From positions 32,001-96,000 of IMG/VR virus record IMGVR_UViG_3300008952_002488: a DNA stretch of 64,000 bases; one strand, given 5' to 3'. The notes beneath the pieces are model-generated. The model did not search any database, had not been told where the DNA came from, and worked only from the letters and a program-made list of their open reading frames with translations. Positions 63,569-64,000 of the stretch are shown one piece after another (the first letter of the stretch is position 1; every line of letters begins with the position of its first letter). The translations under genes and the position numbers were made by a program. The DNA is from a virus.

Positions 63569-64000
63569 ATGAGTATTTTCCGAGAACACAAAACAATTGC
63601 GGACAGAGCATCGGCTGATAGATCACGGCATCGTAAAAAAATTGAAAAAGCGATTAAAGACAGTGTTAAAGATGTTGTAGCCGAAGAAAGCATCATCGGG
63701 CAAAGCGGAAAAAAGAAAATAAGGATCCCAGTAAAAGGGATCAAAGAGCACAGATTTGTTTTCGGAGCCAATGAAAAAAATAAACGAGTTGGATCTGCCC
63801 AAGGTAAAAACATAAATAAAGGACAGAGGATCGGAAAGAAACAAGCTCCCACACAAAGTCAAGGAAACAAGCCCGGCAAAGAAGCCGGCGAGGAAATGTA
63901 TGAAATAGAAATGAGCCTAGAAGAGCTAGCGGAATATCTATTCAACGATCTAAACCTCCCTGAGTTGGAGAAAAAGAAATTTAAATTTATCACCGAAGAG
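63569..64000 (+). CDS. YhbH/YeaH (DUF444, UPF0229) family protein, 3' truncated; not in ORF track
   Basis: Hand translation MSIFREHKTIADRASADRSRHRKKIEKAIKD..EESII..IPVKGIKEHRFVFG..G.EAGEEMYEIEMSLEELAEYLFNDLNLPELEKK. Confidence 0.88.
   Translation, partial: MSIFREHKTIADRASADRSRHRKKIEKAIKDSVKDVVAEESIIGQSGKKKIRIPVKGIKEHRFVFGANEKNKRVGSAQGKNINKGQRIGKKQAPTQSQGNKPGKEAGEEMYEIEMSLEELAEYLFNDLNLPELEKKKFKFITEE

Noticed and set aside
1-64000. CRISPR array, tRNA/rRNA genes, integrase or transposase, reverse transcriptase/DGR
   Set aside because: No repeat-spacer array, cloverleaf or diagnostic protein motif was seen by eye; a tRNAscan/Infernal run would be needed to fully exclude RNA genes.

Overview
This window is a 64 kb segment of a large lytic tailed dsDNA phage (jumbo-type myovirus-like), not a bacterial chromosome. 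All credible genes are on the + strand and densely packed, in the standard genetic code. Gene order: tail/baseplate module (<1-6.5 kb); minimal PolA-like protein, degenerate tubulin/FtsZ-like protein and Hsp20; replication block (SSB, RecA, 5'-3' exonuclease, DnaB, class II RNR, GroES, DnaE, MT-A70 MTase, dUTPase); a tandem array of tiny SH3/KOW-like genes (25-28.3 kb); a nuclease plus a circularly permuted MTase; GuaB-like enzyme; a late block of virion-cargo-like proteins with a second nuclease/Dam pair, a beta-barrel OMP and GroEL; an accessory region (glutaredoxin, ClpP, YkuK RNase H-like, SlyD, Hc1); an early MoxR-AAA/VWA cassette between two structured noncoding regions; a PilX-like gene; a second cargo block; and the start of a YhbH/YeaH gene. 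Three observations stand out. (1) About a dozen unrelated enzymes share a short N-terminal leader (MKxLMENWRKFLxE or MKITKxxLxxIIKEE), which looks like a capsid-packaging signal for an injected payload (ART-like, 2H-phosphoesterase, zincin, kinase, membrane proteins). (2) The SH3/KOW mini-genes are joined by a conserved dual-coding ~30 bp junction. (3) In several genes the extreme 5' end of the predicted mRNA can base-pair with the stop-codon region. All product calls come from motif recognition by eye; no database search was run.
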